Positions 20,203 to 30,244 of a DNA stretch of 64,000 nucleotides are shown here, one piece after another. The notes beneath the pieces are model-generated. The model made no database searches. It saw only the letters and a list, made by a program, of their open reading frames with translations, and had not been told where the DNA came from. This DNA is from a virus, in the IMG/VR virus record IMGVR_UViG_3300023184_000081, positions 16,242-80,241 of that record; one strand, 5' to 3'. A program made the translations under genes and the position numbers. Within the stretch, counting starts at the first letter, position 1, and the number at the start of each line of letters is the position of its first letter.

Positions 20203-20733
20203 ATGGCTGATAAAAAGATATCTCAACTGACTGCGCTTTCGACAACTTCGTCGGAAGATCTATTATTGATTGTTGACGATCCAAATGGGACTCCAGCTTC
20301 GAAGAATATTACTGTAAAGAATTTCTTCGGTGCTGTTTCTTCCAACACAGTATTTTCTGGTGCGAAGAACATTATTCGAAGTGCGAATACAGTTTTTCCT
20401 GCTGGAAATACGACGTTCACGAAAACAGTTTCTATGAACGTCGCAGTTTATTTTGGATTGACTTCACAACGCTCTGCTGCACCTACTGTCGCAAGTGCAA
20501 CAACAATTGCCCCAACGACTCAAATTGCATATGTTTCCGGCACAACTGCAATTGTTACTATTACTGCGCCAACTCCAATTTCTATAGGTGGTGGTCAGAT
20601 TACATTGATTCCTACAGGAATCTTTACAACTACAACAGCTGGAAATATTGCGTTGGCATCAACAGCTGTTGTTAGCAAGGCTCTTATTATGACTTATGAT
20701 GCAACTGCTGCTAAATGGTATCCGAGCTACTAA
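20203..20733 (+). CDS. Putative fibre/decoration protein
   Basis: MADKKISQLTAL...DLLLIVDDP N-terminus typical of fibre-like proteins; T/A-rich C-terminal domain ending KWYPSY. Confidence 0.65.
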   Translation: MADKKISQLTALSTTSSEDLLLIVDDPNGTPASKNITVKNFFGAVSSNTVFSGAKNIIRSANTVFPAGNTTFTKTVSMNVAVYFGLTSQRSAAPTVASATTIAPTTQIAYVSGTTAIVTITAPTPISIGGGQITLIPTGIFTTTTAGNIALASTAVVSKALIMTYDATAAKWYPSY

Positions 20734-20739
20734 CGAAGT

Positions 20740-21129
20740 ATGCATCAATTGACAGATTCAAACTTTATATTATACGCAGCGCAAAATTATAATAATGCAT
20801 CATGTATCGATGAGAAAGAATTTTACGATGATTTATCAAAGATAAAGAGTTTAAGTAAATTATTCAACCGCTACATGAAAAGTGGCGAGTTGAATGATAA
20901 ATTGATTTTGAATCATCTTATAATTTTATATAATGTTTTCGATCGTCAGGCTATAACTCGAATTCTTGTCTTTAAATTATACAGCTATCTTTATTATCTA
21001 AAGCCATTTTTGATTCTACTTGGATTTTGGCCGGAGAGAATAGAAGGAATTGGCATCAATAATGAAACAATTATTAGTAGCGATATTCCTATGGATAATA
21101 ATGTAGTAAATATACTCAGAAGAATATAG
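20740..21129 (+). CDS. Conserved T4-like hypothetical protein
   Basis: LTDSNFILYAAQNY...EFYDDL...LILNHLIILYNVF pattern seen upstream of primase in T4-like phages. Confidence 0.8.
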   Translation: MHQLTDSNFILYAAQNYNNASCIDEKEFYDDLSKIKSLSKLFNRYMKSGELNDKLILNHLIILYNVFDRQAITRILVFKLYSYLYYLKPFLILLGFWPERIEGIGINNETIISSDIPMDNNVVNILRRI

Positions 21130-21692
21130 TGGCCTCTCCAATTATCGATATCTATCTAGTCTATGAATTTATAAAAAGACTAGTTACGCCATTCAATAAG
21201 ACTAAAGCGTTTTCTCTTGGTCTTATTGACGCTGATGGTAAAAAACTTAAAAATGCAGTTACGTCTCAAGAAAAAGACGCGATGGGTTATTTTGATCGTC
21301 TTGTATTTAATCTAAAAAGAATTCTAGAAAAAGTTCCTCTTGGTAAGAGTCAGATTGCGTCCTACGCAGCTGCTCTACTTCTATTGAGAGAACGAAACGA
21401 AGCAACTCTAATCGGAGACTATCCATTACAGCTTCGTGAAAAATTATACGAGCAAATGAAAGCTCTAGAATTAAATGAAGATGTCGGAGCAGTAGCTGCG
21501 CCTGCAAACGCAACTGGAGCCGCAGTCTCTGGAACTGGAGATAATGTCGCGTCATTTAAAGGAACTAAAACTAGCAAAACTATTTCTAAAATTCTACGCA
21601 GAAAAGGTATTAAGACTGAAGAAAATAAGTGCAATAAAACACGCGCAGGAATACAGTGTCCGACACATGGTATTAAATCATGTGGTTATTAA
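21129..21692 (+). CDS. Conserved T4-like hypothetical protein
   Basis: YEFIKRLVTPFNKTKAFSLGLID...RLVFNLKRI...SYAAALLLLRE. Confidence 0.8.
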   Translation: MASPIIDIYLVYEFIKRLVTPFNKTKAFSLGLIDADGKKLKNAVTSQEKDAMGYFDRLVFNLKRILEKVPLGKSQIASYAAALLLLRERNEATLIGDYPLQLREKLYEQMKALELNEDVGAVAAPANATGAAVSGTGDNVASFKGTKTSKTISKILRRKGIKTEENKCNKTRAGIQCPTHGIKSCGY

Positions 21693-22267
21693 GTTTCATT
21701 CCTACTGAAATTCTTCAATGGATGATTCATGGAATCGTTCTATTAGGTCTCTTCGCATTTATTTCTAGTTACTTTGTACCCGTATATGGAAAGATAATTT
21801 CTCCAATCGCAATATTGATTTTAGCATTTGGTGTATATTGTGAAGGTGGTTATTTTGTTGAAAAAGAATGGCGCAGTAAAGTAGAAGAAATGGAAAAGAA
21901 AGTTGCAGCGGCTGAAGAGAAATCTGCAGTAATAAATACAGTCATTAAAACTAAGATTGTTGAAAAGATAAAAGTAATCAAGGAAACAACCAAAGGGAAT
22001 ATAGAATATGTTGACCGTGTTGTTGCGAGGTATGATAACAAGTGCGTTCTGTCTAATGCTGCTGTCGGGGTGCATAACGCAGCCAGTCAAAATGTCTTGG
22101 CCAAAAGTTCCGGAGCAACTGATGAAGGAGCCTCCGATGTTAAAATCAGTGAGCTCGTCAGAACAGTCACAGAAAACTACGGTCTCTACTATCAAACCAG
22201 AGAGCAAGTAATCGGTTGGCAGATGTGGTACTCGGAACAGAAAAAGATTTTTGAAAGCGTAAAATGA
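21680..22267 (+). CDS. i-spanin (Rz-like)
   Basis: N-terminal TM segments, coiled coil WRSKVEEMEKKVAAAEEKS, C...VHNAA motif; contains a nested lipoprotein ORF. Confidence 0.75.
   Translation: MWLLSFIPTEILQWMIHGIVLLGLFAFISSYFVPVYGKIISPIAILILAFGVYCEGGYFVEKEWRSKVEEMEKKVAAAEEKSAVINTVIKTKIVEKIKVIKETTKGNIEYVDRVVARYDNKCVLSNAAVGVHNAASQNVLAKSSGATDEGASDVKISELVRTVTENYGLYYQTREQVIGWQMWYSEQKKIFESVK
22008..22211 (+). CDS. o-spanin (Rz1-like) lipoprotein nested in the +1 frame
   Basis: Lipobox LLSG|C followed by Pro-rich ITQPVKMSWPKVPEQLMKEPP; alternative ATG at 22032. Confidence 0.7.
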   Translation: MLTVLLRGMITSAFCLMLLSGCITQPVKMSWPKVPEQLMKEPPMLKSVSSSEQSQKTTVSTIKPESK

Positions 22268-22686
22268 AAAATTTCAAACAATTTTTAAATGAAGAATTTA
22301 AATTTCGGCGGACACTTGTTATGGATAAACCAGTTCATACCAAGACGATTACCTCAGATGAATTGCTAAAGCACATCGGACGTTCGAAGATAAGATCTAT
22401 GGTTAAACATCCATTTCATCGGGAGTATTTTAACAATGTTTCGCATGCTGGGTATCAATATCATCGTGATTCAAATGGTCATGAGCATGTTCTAGCAGCA
22501 CCAGTTGATCCACAAAAGAAAAAAGACGGAACCGAGATTAGAAGAATGGTTCAGTTTGATTTTTATAAGCGTTCTGTAAATAATGCTCATCTCTTTCATA
22601 ATAAAGATAATGAACGTCACCATCCCGATGATGGTGGTAATAGAATTTGGCGTCACATAAGAAGTCATAAAGAGGATGAAGAATAA
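22264..22686 (+). CDS. His-rich hypothetical protein with capsid-targeting-like leader
   Basis: MKNFKQFLNEE N-terminus. Confidence 0.7.
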   Translation: MKNFKQFLNEEFKFRRTLVMDKPVHTKTITSDELLKHIGRSKIRSMVKHPFHREYFNNVSHAGYQYHRDSNGHEHVLAAPVDPQKKKDGTEIRRMVQFDFYKRSVNNAHLFHNKDNERHHPDDGGNRIWRHIRSHKEDEE

Positions 22687-23171
22687 TGTTAACCTTTAAA
22701 CAGTTTATAAGAAAACGTCCTCCTGAAAAATATTATGGACCAGACAGACGCGTTGGTCCTCGTAGAACTAAATCTGCAATTCCTGGAAATGTTGTGAAAT
22801 GGGGTGGAAGAAGAAAAGTTGATGAAACAAAGAAAGATCCCTGCTGGAATGGATATAAGATGTTGGGTATGAAAAAGAAGGGGAACAAAAAAGTTCCGAA
22901 TTGTATTCCGGAAGCAGCAGTTGACGCCAAAGGATATAAGAGTTCTACAGGCGGATTAACTCAAAAGGGTCGCGATCATTATAATAGCCAATCTGGCGGA
23001 AATCTCAAAGCACCAGTCACAACTCCTCCTTCGGAATTAAAAGCTGGAAGCAAAGCTGCTAATCGTAGAAAGTCTTTCTGCGCTCGTATGGGTGGAGTAG
23101 ATGGTCCGATGACAAAGCCAAATGGTGAGCCAACACGTAAAGCTCTTGCCCTTAGAAAATGGAATTGCTAG
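22686..23171 (+). CDS. Basic conserved phage protein (DUF6321-like)
   Basis: DPCWNGY...KVPNC module, then GGLTQKGR...LKAPV...RRKSFCARM...ALRKWNC. Confidence 0.75.
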   Translation: MLTFKQFIRKRPPEKYYGPDRRVGPRRTKSAIPGNVVKWGGRRKVDETKKDPCWNGYKMLGMKKKGNKKVPNCIPEAAVDAKGYKSSTGGLTQKGRDHYNSQSGGNLKAPVTTPPSELKAGSKAANRRKSFCARMGGVDGPMTKPNGEPTRKALALRKWNC

Positions 23172-23590
23172 TGAAACTGTTAACAACAATCATACTTATT
23201 TTTTCTTTAAGTGGATGCGCGACTATATCTAATCTTTATGATTCATATTTTATGGCACCATATGACACTAATGAACATTTTTTAGTCAATAAGATTAAAT
23301 TTTATTCTGAGTTCTCAAAGAAAAACTGTGCAAATCATGAAGCTGCTAAAAGTTCAGCTACAGAGCTCTTTTCATTATCAAGTCAGTTAAAGAGTTTTAG
23401 TGGAAATCTTCCACGAAATAAATCGACAATCCAAATGACTGATTCTTTATTCGTGCTCGTTGATGAACTATACATAAGATATGATACTGCAAAAGAAGTC
23501 AACAAAACTTATTGTGAGCTGAAACTACAATCGATTTCGGACTCTGCAAATACTATACAAAAAGTTATCGCAAAGAGGAATAGACCATGA
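23159..23590 (+). CDS. Lipoprotein
   Basis: Lipobox LSG|C, two further Cys. Confidence 0.7.
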   Translation: MELLVKLLTTIILIFSLSGCATISNLYDSYFMAPYDTNEHFLVNKIKFYSEFSKKNCANHEAAKSSATELFSLSSQLKSFSGNLPRNKSTIQMTDSLFVLVDELYIRYDTAKEVNKTYCELKLQSISDSANTIQKVIAKRNRP

Positions 23591-23793
23591 CACCAGAAGA
23601 ACTAGCAATAAGAGCACAAGACTTAAAACAGATGTTTGAATCTGGAGATTTGAGTAAAGAAGAATTTAAAGAACTGATTGATAACATAATTATAGTAGAA
23701 ACAATAAATAATGATGCATTACGACTTGAAGAAAATATTGCAACTCGAGAAATTATTGTAGGAATTATTGACTTCGCATCGGTGTTAGTATAA
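23587..23793 (+). CDS. Small hypothetical protein
   Basis: ATGA overlap with the upstream gene; GDLSKEEFKEL. Confidence 0.65.
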   Translation: MTPEELAIRAQDLKQMFESGDLSKEEFKELIDNIIIVETINNDALRLEENIATREIIVGIIDFASVLV

Positions 23794-23844
23794 TATGAAA
23801 AAATAACCCTTGTAATTTAGCTTGTAGTATTATATAATGACTGT

Positions 23845-24852
23845 ATGATGACTCTTCAAATTGATCAAAGATATATCGGGCTAATATCAGCCAAACTCCC
23901 TCTATTCAAGAAAAAAACAGAACGACTGTATAATTGTCGTTGTGTCTTTTGCGGCGATTCTAAAAAGAATCGCCTTCGTTCTCGGGGATATCTTCTAGAG
24001 TATAAGGGCAGTTTTCTTTTTAAGTGCCACAACTGTAATGTTGCAGTCTCATTAGATAAACTAATTGAACATTTAGATCCTAGTCTACAGCGTGCGTATC
24101 GCTTAGAAAAGTTCAAGAGTAAACAAAGTAATGATTACACAATAATTCGAAATGATGTCATTAAGAATATTGTTATTCCTAGAGTCGATTTGAGTGAGTA
24201 TGGACTTATTCCTATTTCAGAATTGTCCTCACATCGTGCTCTTTCTTATTTAGAATCTAGAAAAATTCCAGTAAAATTTTATTCTGAATTGTATTATGTT
24301 CCTTCTATGAAAGAGCTAGAAAGATTCAGTCCGATGTATGAAGGAAAACTTTCTAAAGAAGAAAGAATTGCAATACCATATTATAATAAAGAAAATGAAC
24401 TTGTAGGTCTAAGTTGTAGATCTATGGGTAATTCTTCATTACGATATCTCACTGTTAGAAAAACAAATGATCCTCTTGTTTATGGAATTCAAAATGTTGA
24501 TCTGAATAAAACAGTATTCGTGATAGAAGGTCCATTCGATAGTATGTTCGTCGAAAACTCTATCGCGCCCGGCGGAACGGATTTCATCAAAGCAACAAAC
24601 ATGATACCAAAAGAAAATGCAGTCTTAGTTTTCGACAATCAGCCTAGAAATAAAGAAGTCATACAGCGTATGGAAAAAATGATTTCTTTTGGATATAGGA
24701 TGGTTATTTGGCCTAACACTTGGAACTTCAAAGACATCAATGAGGCAATTATTTCTGGCATGAATTCAAAAGACGTAGAAGACGTTCTAAATAGAAACTC
24801 CCACAAAGACTTATCTCTAAAATTAGCTTTACGAAATTGGAAAAAAATATGA
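23845..24852 (+). CDS. gp61: DNA primase (T4 gp61)
   Basis: Zn ribbon CRCVFCGDS...KCHNC; TOPRIM VIEGPFDSMF, FDNQPRN, KDINE. Confidence 0.96.
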   Translation: MMTLQIDQRYIGLISAKLPLFKKKTERLYNCRCVFCGDSKKNRLRSRGYLLEYKGSFLFKCHNCNVAVSLDKLIEHLDPSLQRAYRLEKFKSKQSNDYTIIRNDVIKNIVIPRVDLSEYGLIPISELSSHRALSYLESRKIPVKFYSELYYVPSMKELERFSPMYEGKLSKEERIAIPYYNKENELVGLSCRSMGNSSLRYLTVRKTNDPLVYGIQNVDLNKTVFVIEGPFDSMFVENSIAPGGTDFIKATNMIPKENAVLVFDNQPRNKEVIQRMEKMISFGYRMVIWPNTWNFKDINEAIISGMNSKDVEDVLNRNSHKDLSLKLALRNWKKI

Positions 24853-25514
24853 CAGTATCACTTATATCCTATTCACAACAACCAGAAGGATGTCGCTGCA
24901 GCGGAAGTTCGTTGTTAGATATCATAGCATTTTGTGCTCGTGTTTCAAATCCAAGTAATCAAAACAATACTGAAACGAATGAAAAACTTATTCGATATCT
25001 GATTAAGAATAATCATTGGTCTCCATTTGAGATGGTCACTGCTTGTTTAGAAATCACAACGACTCGTGATATTGCACGTCAGATTCTTCGTCATCGCTCT
25101 TTCAGCTTTCAAGAATTCAGTCAGCGTTATGCAGATCCAACAAAAGATTTGAATTTCGTGACACGTGAAGCACGATTACAAGATTCTAAGAACAGACAGA
25201 ATAGTATTGAGACTAATGATATTGCTCTAAATTTGAATTGGGAAACACAACAGAGTTATATTATGGACGCAGCGATTAAAACATATCGTTGGGCTATAGA
25301 CAAAGGAATTGCCAAGGAACAGGCTCGCGCTGTTTTGCCAGAAGGACTGATCGAATCGAAATTGTATATGACCGGATCTATACGTTCTTGGATTCACTAT
25401 ATACAACTACGAAGTGGTCCTGAAACTCAAAAAGAACATAGACAAATTGCTTTGGAATGTGCAAACGCCTTAGGACCAATTTTTCCGATGATCACTGAAT
25501 TTGTAAATCAATAA
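24849..25514 (+). CDS. thyX: Flavin-dependent thymidylate synthase
   Basis: CARVSNP, HWSPFEM, RQILRHRSFSFQEFSQRY, TQKEH. Confidence 0.97.
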   Translation: MTVSLISYSQQPEGCRCSGSSLLDIIAFCARVSNPSNQNNTETNEKLIRYLIKNNHWSPFEMVTACLEITTTRDIARQILRHRSFSFQEFSQRYADPTKDLNFVTREARLQDSKNRQNSIETNDIALNLNWETQQSYIMDAAIKTYRWAIDKGIAKEQARAVLPEGLIESKLYMTGSIRSWIHYIQLRSGPETQKEHRQIALECANALGPIFPMITEFVNQ

Positions 25515-25535
25515 CAACAATATTGGAGTTAAAGT

Positions 25536-27320
25536 ATGTCGGAGATTAAGATAGACTATTCGCGTGACAATTTATTCGATGAGCTAGGTATCAAGAGATT
25601 AAAAGAATCATACATGAAGAAGGGTGAGGAATCTCCTCAAGAAAGGTTTGCATATGTATCCAAAATTTTCGGAAGCAATCCGGATCATGCTCAACGTCTT
25701 TATGATTATTCTAGTAAGCATTGGTTATCTTATTCTACTCCCGTTCTTTCTTACGATCATACTGGTCGTGGGCTTCCTGTTTCATGCTATCTTAATTATA
25801 TTGAAGATACTGCGGAAGGTTTAGTAGAGAATCTATCAGAAACAAATTGGCTTTCTATGATGGGGGGTGGTGTTGGAATCGGTTTTGGTATTCGCAGTGC
25901 TGGCGATAAGTCTACTGGTGTTATGGCTCATCTTAAAATTTACGACGCTAGTTCTTTGGCATATCGCCAAGGTCGCACTCGCCGTGGGTCTTATGCTGCT
26001 TATCTTAATATTAATCATCCCGATATTATTTCTTTTCTTGATATGCGCAAGCCTACTGGCGATCTGAACATTCGTTGTCAGAACATGCATCATGGAATTA
26101 ATATCACAGACGACTTTATGCAGATCATTGAGAACTGTATGATTAATCCGGAGTTCGATGATAAGTGGGATTTAGTCGATCCTCACTCAAAAGAAATTCG
26201 TGATACAGTATCAGCGAAAGCTCTTTGGCAAAGCATATTGGAAATGAGAATGCTAACTGGAGAGCCATACATTCATTTCATTGATGAGTCTAATCGTAAA
26301 CTTCCGAAGTGGCTTAGTGACAGAGGACTTCGTGTTCATCAATCGAATCTATGCTCAGAAATCATTCTTCCGACGAATGAAAAGAGAACTGCGATTTGTT
26401 GTCTTTCATCATTGAATCTAGAATATTTTGACGAATGGAAAAGTAATAAACAATTTCTGAGAGATGTTGCTGAGATGTTGGATAATGTTCTTCAGTGCTT
26501 CATTGATAATGCGCCTAAAGAAATTAAACGCGCAAAGTATTCAGCGCAGCGAGAACGTTCAATAGGAATTGGTGCTCTTGGATTCCATGCGTATCTTCAG
26601 AAAAACAATGTTCCATTTGAGAGCGCATCAGCAAAGAGTAGTAATTTGAAAATGTTCAAACACATTCGAAAAGGATTAGATATAGCTAACTTAGAATTAG
26701 GAACAGAGAGAGGATCTGCTCCAGACGCAGAAGGAACAGGTCTTAGACTATCTCATCTAATGTCAATTGCACCAAATGCATCAAGTTCAATTATTATGGG
26801 AAATACATCTCCATCAATTGAGCCATTCAGAGCCAATGCGTATCGTCAGGATACGATGTCTGGCGCTTCTCTGAATAAAAACAAATATCTAGATAAAATT
26901 ATAAAGGATAAATGTGATGCCGATAAAAAGATGGACTACAACGAAATCTGGTCATCCATCATCGCAAATGACGGTTCGGTCCAACACCTTGACATTCTCG
27001 ACGACTGGCAGAGGGATGTTTTCAAAACAAGTATGGAGATCGACCAAAGATGGATTGTGGAACATGCAGCTGACAGACAGAGTTACATTGATCAGTCGCA
27101 ATCCCTTAACCTATTTTTTCGGCCAAACTCCAACATAAAGTATATTCATGCAGTTCATTTTCAAGCATGGAAGCAAAAATTAAAGACGCTGTATTATTGC
27201 CGTTCTGAGAAAATTGGTAAGGCTGATAAAGTTGCTAAGAAAATTGAACGACAAGTGATCGATGAGATTGATCTGAAACAACTTGTCGAAGGTGATTCCT
27301 GTTTGGCTTGCGAAGGATAA
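25536..27320 (+). CDS. nrdA: Ribonucleotide reductase class I alpha subunit
   Basis: PVSCY, GGGVG, QGRTRRGSYAAY, SNLCSEI, IAPNASSS, KTLYY, C-terminal CLACEG. Confidence 0.97.
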   Translation: MSEIKIDYSRDNLFDELGIKRLKESYMKKGEESPQERFAYVSKIFGSNPDHAQRLYDYSSKHWLSYSTPVLSYDHTGRGLPVSCYLNYIEDTAEGLVENLSETNWLSMMGGGVGIGFGIRSAGDKSTGVMAHLKIYDASSLAYRQGRTRRGSYAAYLNINHPDIISFLDMRKPTGDLNIRCQNMHHGINITDDFMQIIENCMINPEFDDKWDLVDPHSKEIRDTVSAKALWQSILEMRMLTGEPYIHFIDESNRKLPKWLSDRGLRVHQSNLCSEIILPTNEKRTAICCLSSLNLEYFDEWKSNKQFLRDVAEMLDNVLQCFIDNAPKEIKRAKYSAQRERSIGIGALGFHAYLQKNNVPFESASAKSSNLKMFKHIRKGLDIANLELGTERGSAPDAEGTGLRLSHLMSIAPNASSSIIMGNTSPSIEPFRANAYRQDTMSGASLNKNKYLDKIIKDKCDADKKMDYNEIWSSIIANDGSVQHLDILDDWQRDVFKTSMEIDQRWIVEHAADRQSYIDQSQSLNLFFRPNSNIKYIHAVHFQAWKQKLKTLYYCRSEKIGKADKVAKKIERQVIDEIDLKQLVEGDSCLACEG

Positions 27321-27321
27321 T

Positions 27322-28656
27322 ATGGCATTTAATACAGAAAGTTTTTGTCCGGAACTATATAATGCGATCGAAATCGACGAGCAAGGTGATTTCAAAATAT
27401 GTTGTCTAGCTAACTCTGATGAAAATTTTGGCGTGGCGATGACTCAAGATGGCGTTAAGATGAATATCATGACACATTCTATTTACGAAGCGATCAATAG
27501 TCCCACACACAATGCTCACAGACTTCTATTGAAGGATAATATAAAACCTGAAAGATGTAAGACCTGTTATCAGGAAGAAGCTGCGCATAGAATTGCTGGC
27601 GGTACGCACGATTCGACAAAGCGTCTTGTGAATCTATCAAGAGATTATTATGTAAAAGCTGATCAAGCACACGATTATACAAATCAAGATGGATCGTTGA
27701 CATATCTCTCAAAAATTAAAATGTTAAGTCTTCGTTTTGGAAATTTTTGCAACTTTAAGTGTATTATGTGTAGTCCAAAACACAGTCATTTGTGGGCAGA
27801 TGATCATGTTAAACTATATGGAACTAGAGAATTCGATAAAGGAAATAGTATTTATGAAATACCATTAAATGAGAGAGGAAAGCTAGACGCAAAATCATTT
27901 CCATGGTGGGAAACGGATCAGTGGTGGAAGAAGTTCGATTCAGTGATTCCGACTTTGAGTTCTATGTATTTCACTGGCGGAGAACCATTTTTGATTCCGG
28001 CAATGGGTAAATGTTTGGATCGACTTATAGAAGCAGGAGTTTCAAAAGATATAACTCTACAATATGACAGCAATATGTCGGTTATTAACGATAATATCAT
28101 ACAGAAATTTGAAAAGTTTAAAGGTATTTCTATTGCAGCCAGCGTCGATGATATAGAAGAACGATTCGAGTTAATTAGAGATCCTGGAAAATATGATGTT
28201 GTATTAGATAATATCAAAAACATTTTATCTATGAAAGAGAAAAAACATAACATCAATATCAATATGACAATTACAAGTTGCATTGGAATAGCATCACCTT
28301 ATGTAACTTCTAGAATAATTCCTCTAGCAGAAGAACTAAACTGTGATACTTTTTTTAGATATCTAGAAGGGCCGAAATGGCTGAGTTTGAAATATATGTC
28401 ACCTGGTTCCAAACTTCAAATGATTCGCGAACTAACTTCTATGAAAAATTCAGCATCTAAAGATCTAACAAAACATATTTATCAAACTCAAATTAATTTC
28501 TTGCATAAGTTTATGGATCTGCATGATCCGATATTAATTCAAACCTTTGTCATTAATATGGACAAATTAGATAAACTACGAAATCATGACTGGAAGAAAA
28601 CATTACCAGACGTCTACGAACTACTTTATAAATATTCACCAGAAGCATTTGAATGA
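27322..28656 (+). CDS. Radical SAM protein with N-terminal twitch/SPASM-like Cys cluster
   Basis: CNFKCIMC, FTGGEPF; N-terminal CP...GDFKICC...RCKTCY. Confidence 0.9.
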   Translation: MAFNTESFCPELYNAIEIDEQGDFKICCLANSDENFGVAMTQDGVKMNIMTHSIYEAINSPTHNAHRLLLKDNIKPERCKTCYQEEAAHRIAGGTHDSTKRLVNLSRDYYVKADQAHDYTNQDGSLTYLSKIKMLSLRFGNFCNFKCIMCSPKHSHLWADDHVKLYGTREFDKGNSIYEIPLNERGKLDAKSFPWWETDQWWKKFDSVIPTLSSMYFTGGEPFLIPAMGKCLDRLIEAGVSKDITLQYDSNMSVINDNIIQKFEKFKGISIAASVDDIEERFELIRDPGKYDVVLDNIKNILSMKEKKHNININMTITSCIGIASPYVTSRIIPLAEELNCDTFFRYLEGPKWLSLKYMSPGSKLQMIRELTSMKNSASKDLTKHIYQTQINFLHKFMDLHDPILIQTFVINMDKLDKLRNHDWKKTLPDVYELLYKYSPEAFE

Positions 28657-28907
28657 AAACATATATTCATGTGAATCAAAATGTTATACGATCAAATAAG
28701 AAATACGATGCTAATGATCCGATAATAACAGTCAAGCAAGGATCAAAAAATACTTATGGTCATGAAGTAATCATCAACGGTCCGTCGAGAGTTGTATATA
28801 GCAAAGACAATCCTCTCTCTTGTGGTGCAAGAGTTTGGATTGAAACGGAAAACGATGTAACAATATTGGGAGCAGCAAAGTATGAGCGCAGGAAAAGTAA
28901 AAACTAA
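28653..28907 (+). CDS. Conserved small phage protein
   Basis: IHVNQNVIRSN...PLSCGARVWIET. Confidence 0.75.
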   Translation: MKTYIHVNQNVIRSNKKYDANDPIITVKQGSKNTYGHEVIINGPSRVVYSKDNPLSCGARVWIETENDVTILGAAKYERRKSKN

Positions 28908-29877
28908 ATTAACGGATTCGCGGGATCACTTCAAACCTTTCTCATACAGCTGGGCGTATGATGTATGGCTTAAACATGAGCAATCTCATTGGCTACATTC
29001 AGAAGTTCCGATGGGAGAGGATGTTAAGGACTGGAAGAAAAATCTCACTAAAGAAGAAAAACAATTCTTAACTCAGATCTTTAGATTTTTCACGCAAGGG
29101 GATCTAGATGTCGCTGGTGGATATGTTGAGAATTATTTGCCGTATTTTAAGCAGCCAGAAATCCGTATGATGCTACTTGGATTTGCAGCAAGAGAAGCAT
29201 TGCATGTAGCTGCATATTCTCATCTAATCGAAACATTAGGAATGCCAGATTCTACATATGCTGACTTTCTTGAATACAAAGAAATGCGAGAAAAGCATGA
29301 ATATTTCCTCGAACTCTCAGGAAAGAATGGAACTCTTGAGTCAGTCGCTACTAACATTGCTGCGTTCTCGGCGTTCACGGAAGGTATGCAACTCTTTAGC
29401 TCTTTTATTATGCTTCTTAATTTTACTCGTCATGGTAAAATGAAAGGCATGGGTCAAATAATTACTTGGTCTATCGTCGATGAAACCATGCATGCAGAGT
29501 CTATGATTAAATTGTTTCGGACGTATATTGAAGAAAATAAAGAAATCTGGAATGATGATCTGAAGTCTAAGATTTATGCGATCGCTGAAAAGATGGTAGA
29601 ACTAGAAAATAAATTTATCGATCTTTCATTCTCGACAGGTGGTATCATTGGTCTTACTGCAGATGAAGTGAAAGAATACATTAAATATATCGCAGATCGT
29701 AGATTAATTTCTATGGGTATGCGAGGAATATTTAAGGTAAAGAAGAATCCATTGCCATGGGTAGAAGAAATGATCAATGCTCCGACGCATACTAATTTCT
29801 TCGAAAATCGTGCTACGGACTACGCCAAGGGAGCTCTTACAGGAGAATGGTCTGATGTGTGGGCGCGACCCAGTTAG
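28882..29877 (+). CDS. nrdB: Ribonucleotide reductase class I beta subunit
   Basis: FFTQGD, REALHVAAY, FTEGMQLFSSF, DETMH, NFFE. Confidence 0.97.
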   Translation: MSAGKVKTKLTDSRDHFKPFSYSWAYDVWLKHEQSHWLHSEVPMGEDVKDWKKNLTKEEKQFLTQIFRFFTQGDLDVAGGYVENYLPYFKQPEIRMMLLGFAAREALHVAAYSHLIETLGMPDSTYADFLEYKEMREKHEYFLELSGKNGTLESVATNIAAFSAFTEGMQLFSSFIMLLNFTRHGKMKGMGQIITWSIVDETMHAESMIKLFRTYIEENKEIWNDDLKSKIYAIAEKMVELENKFIDLSFSTGGIIGLTADEVKEYIKYIADRRLISMGMRGIFKVKKNPLPWVEEMINAPTHTNFFENRATDYAKGALTGEWSDVWARPS

Positions 29878-30199
29878 GAATAGAAAGATCTCTCAAATAG
29901 CTAAGACGCAATCGAACATTCCACATATCATTTTTCATCAGTGGATTAAGTCTGTTATTCCATTGAAGTATATGTTCAGTTGCTCTAGCGTGAGATCTCT
30001 TTTCGAATTCAGCGATTGTTTCTTTTCTGAAGCCGTGTGATTTAGGATTTGTTTTTATTTCGTCTAAGATGAGCTTTGATGATCCAAAATACTTCTCATA
30101 CTGGGTTCCACTCTTCGAAGAGAATCCGATATAGAATTTTCCATCTGGCCAGTGCGTCACATAGACCTTAAAGATTTTCTTTTCTTTCTTTTTTCTCAT
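29837..30199 (-). mobile_element. Free-standing GIY-YIG (Seg-like) homing endonuclease
   Basis: VYVT...KFYIG, YFGSSK, conserved E and N; convergent with nrdB and overlapping its 3' end; minus-strand TATAAATA at 30226-30233. Confidence 0.75.
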
Positions 30200-30244
30200 A
30201 TATATAATAATGTATAATAATTTGATATTTATAATGGAGTTACA

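Noticed and set aside
25536-29877. Group I introns or inteins in nrdA/nrdB (also checked gp43, gp41, thyX)
   Set aside because: The ORFs are continuous, of normal length, and show no intein splice motifs.
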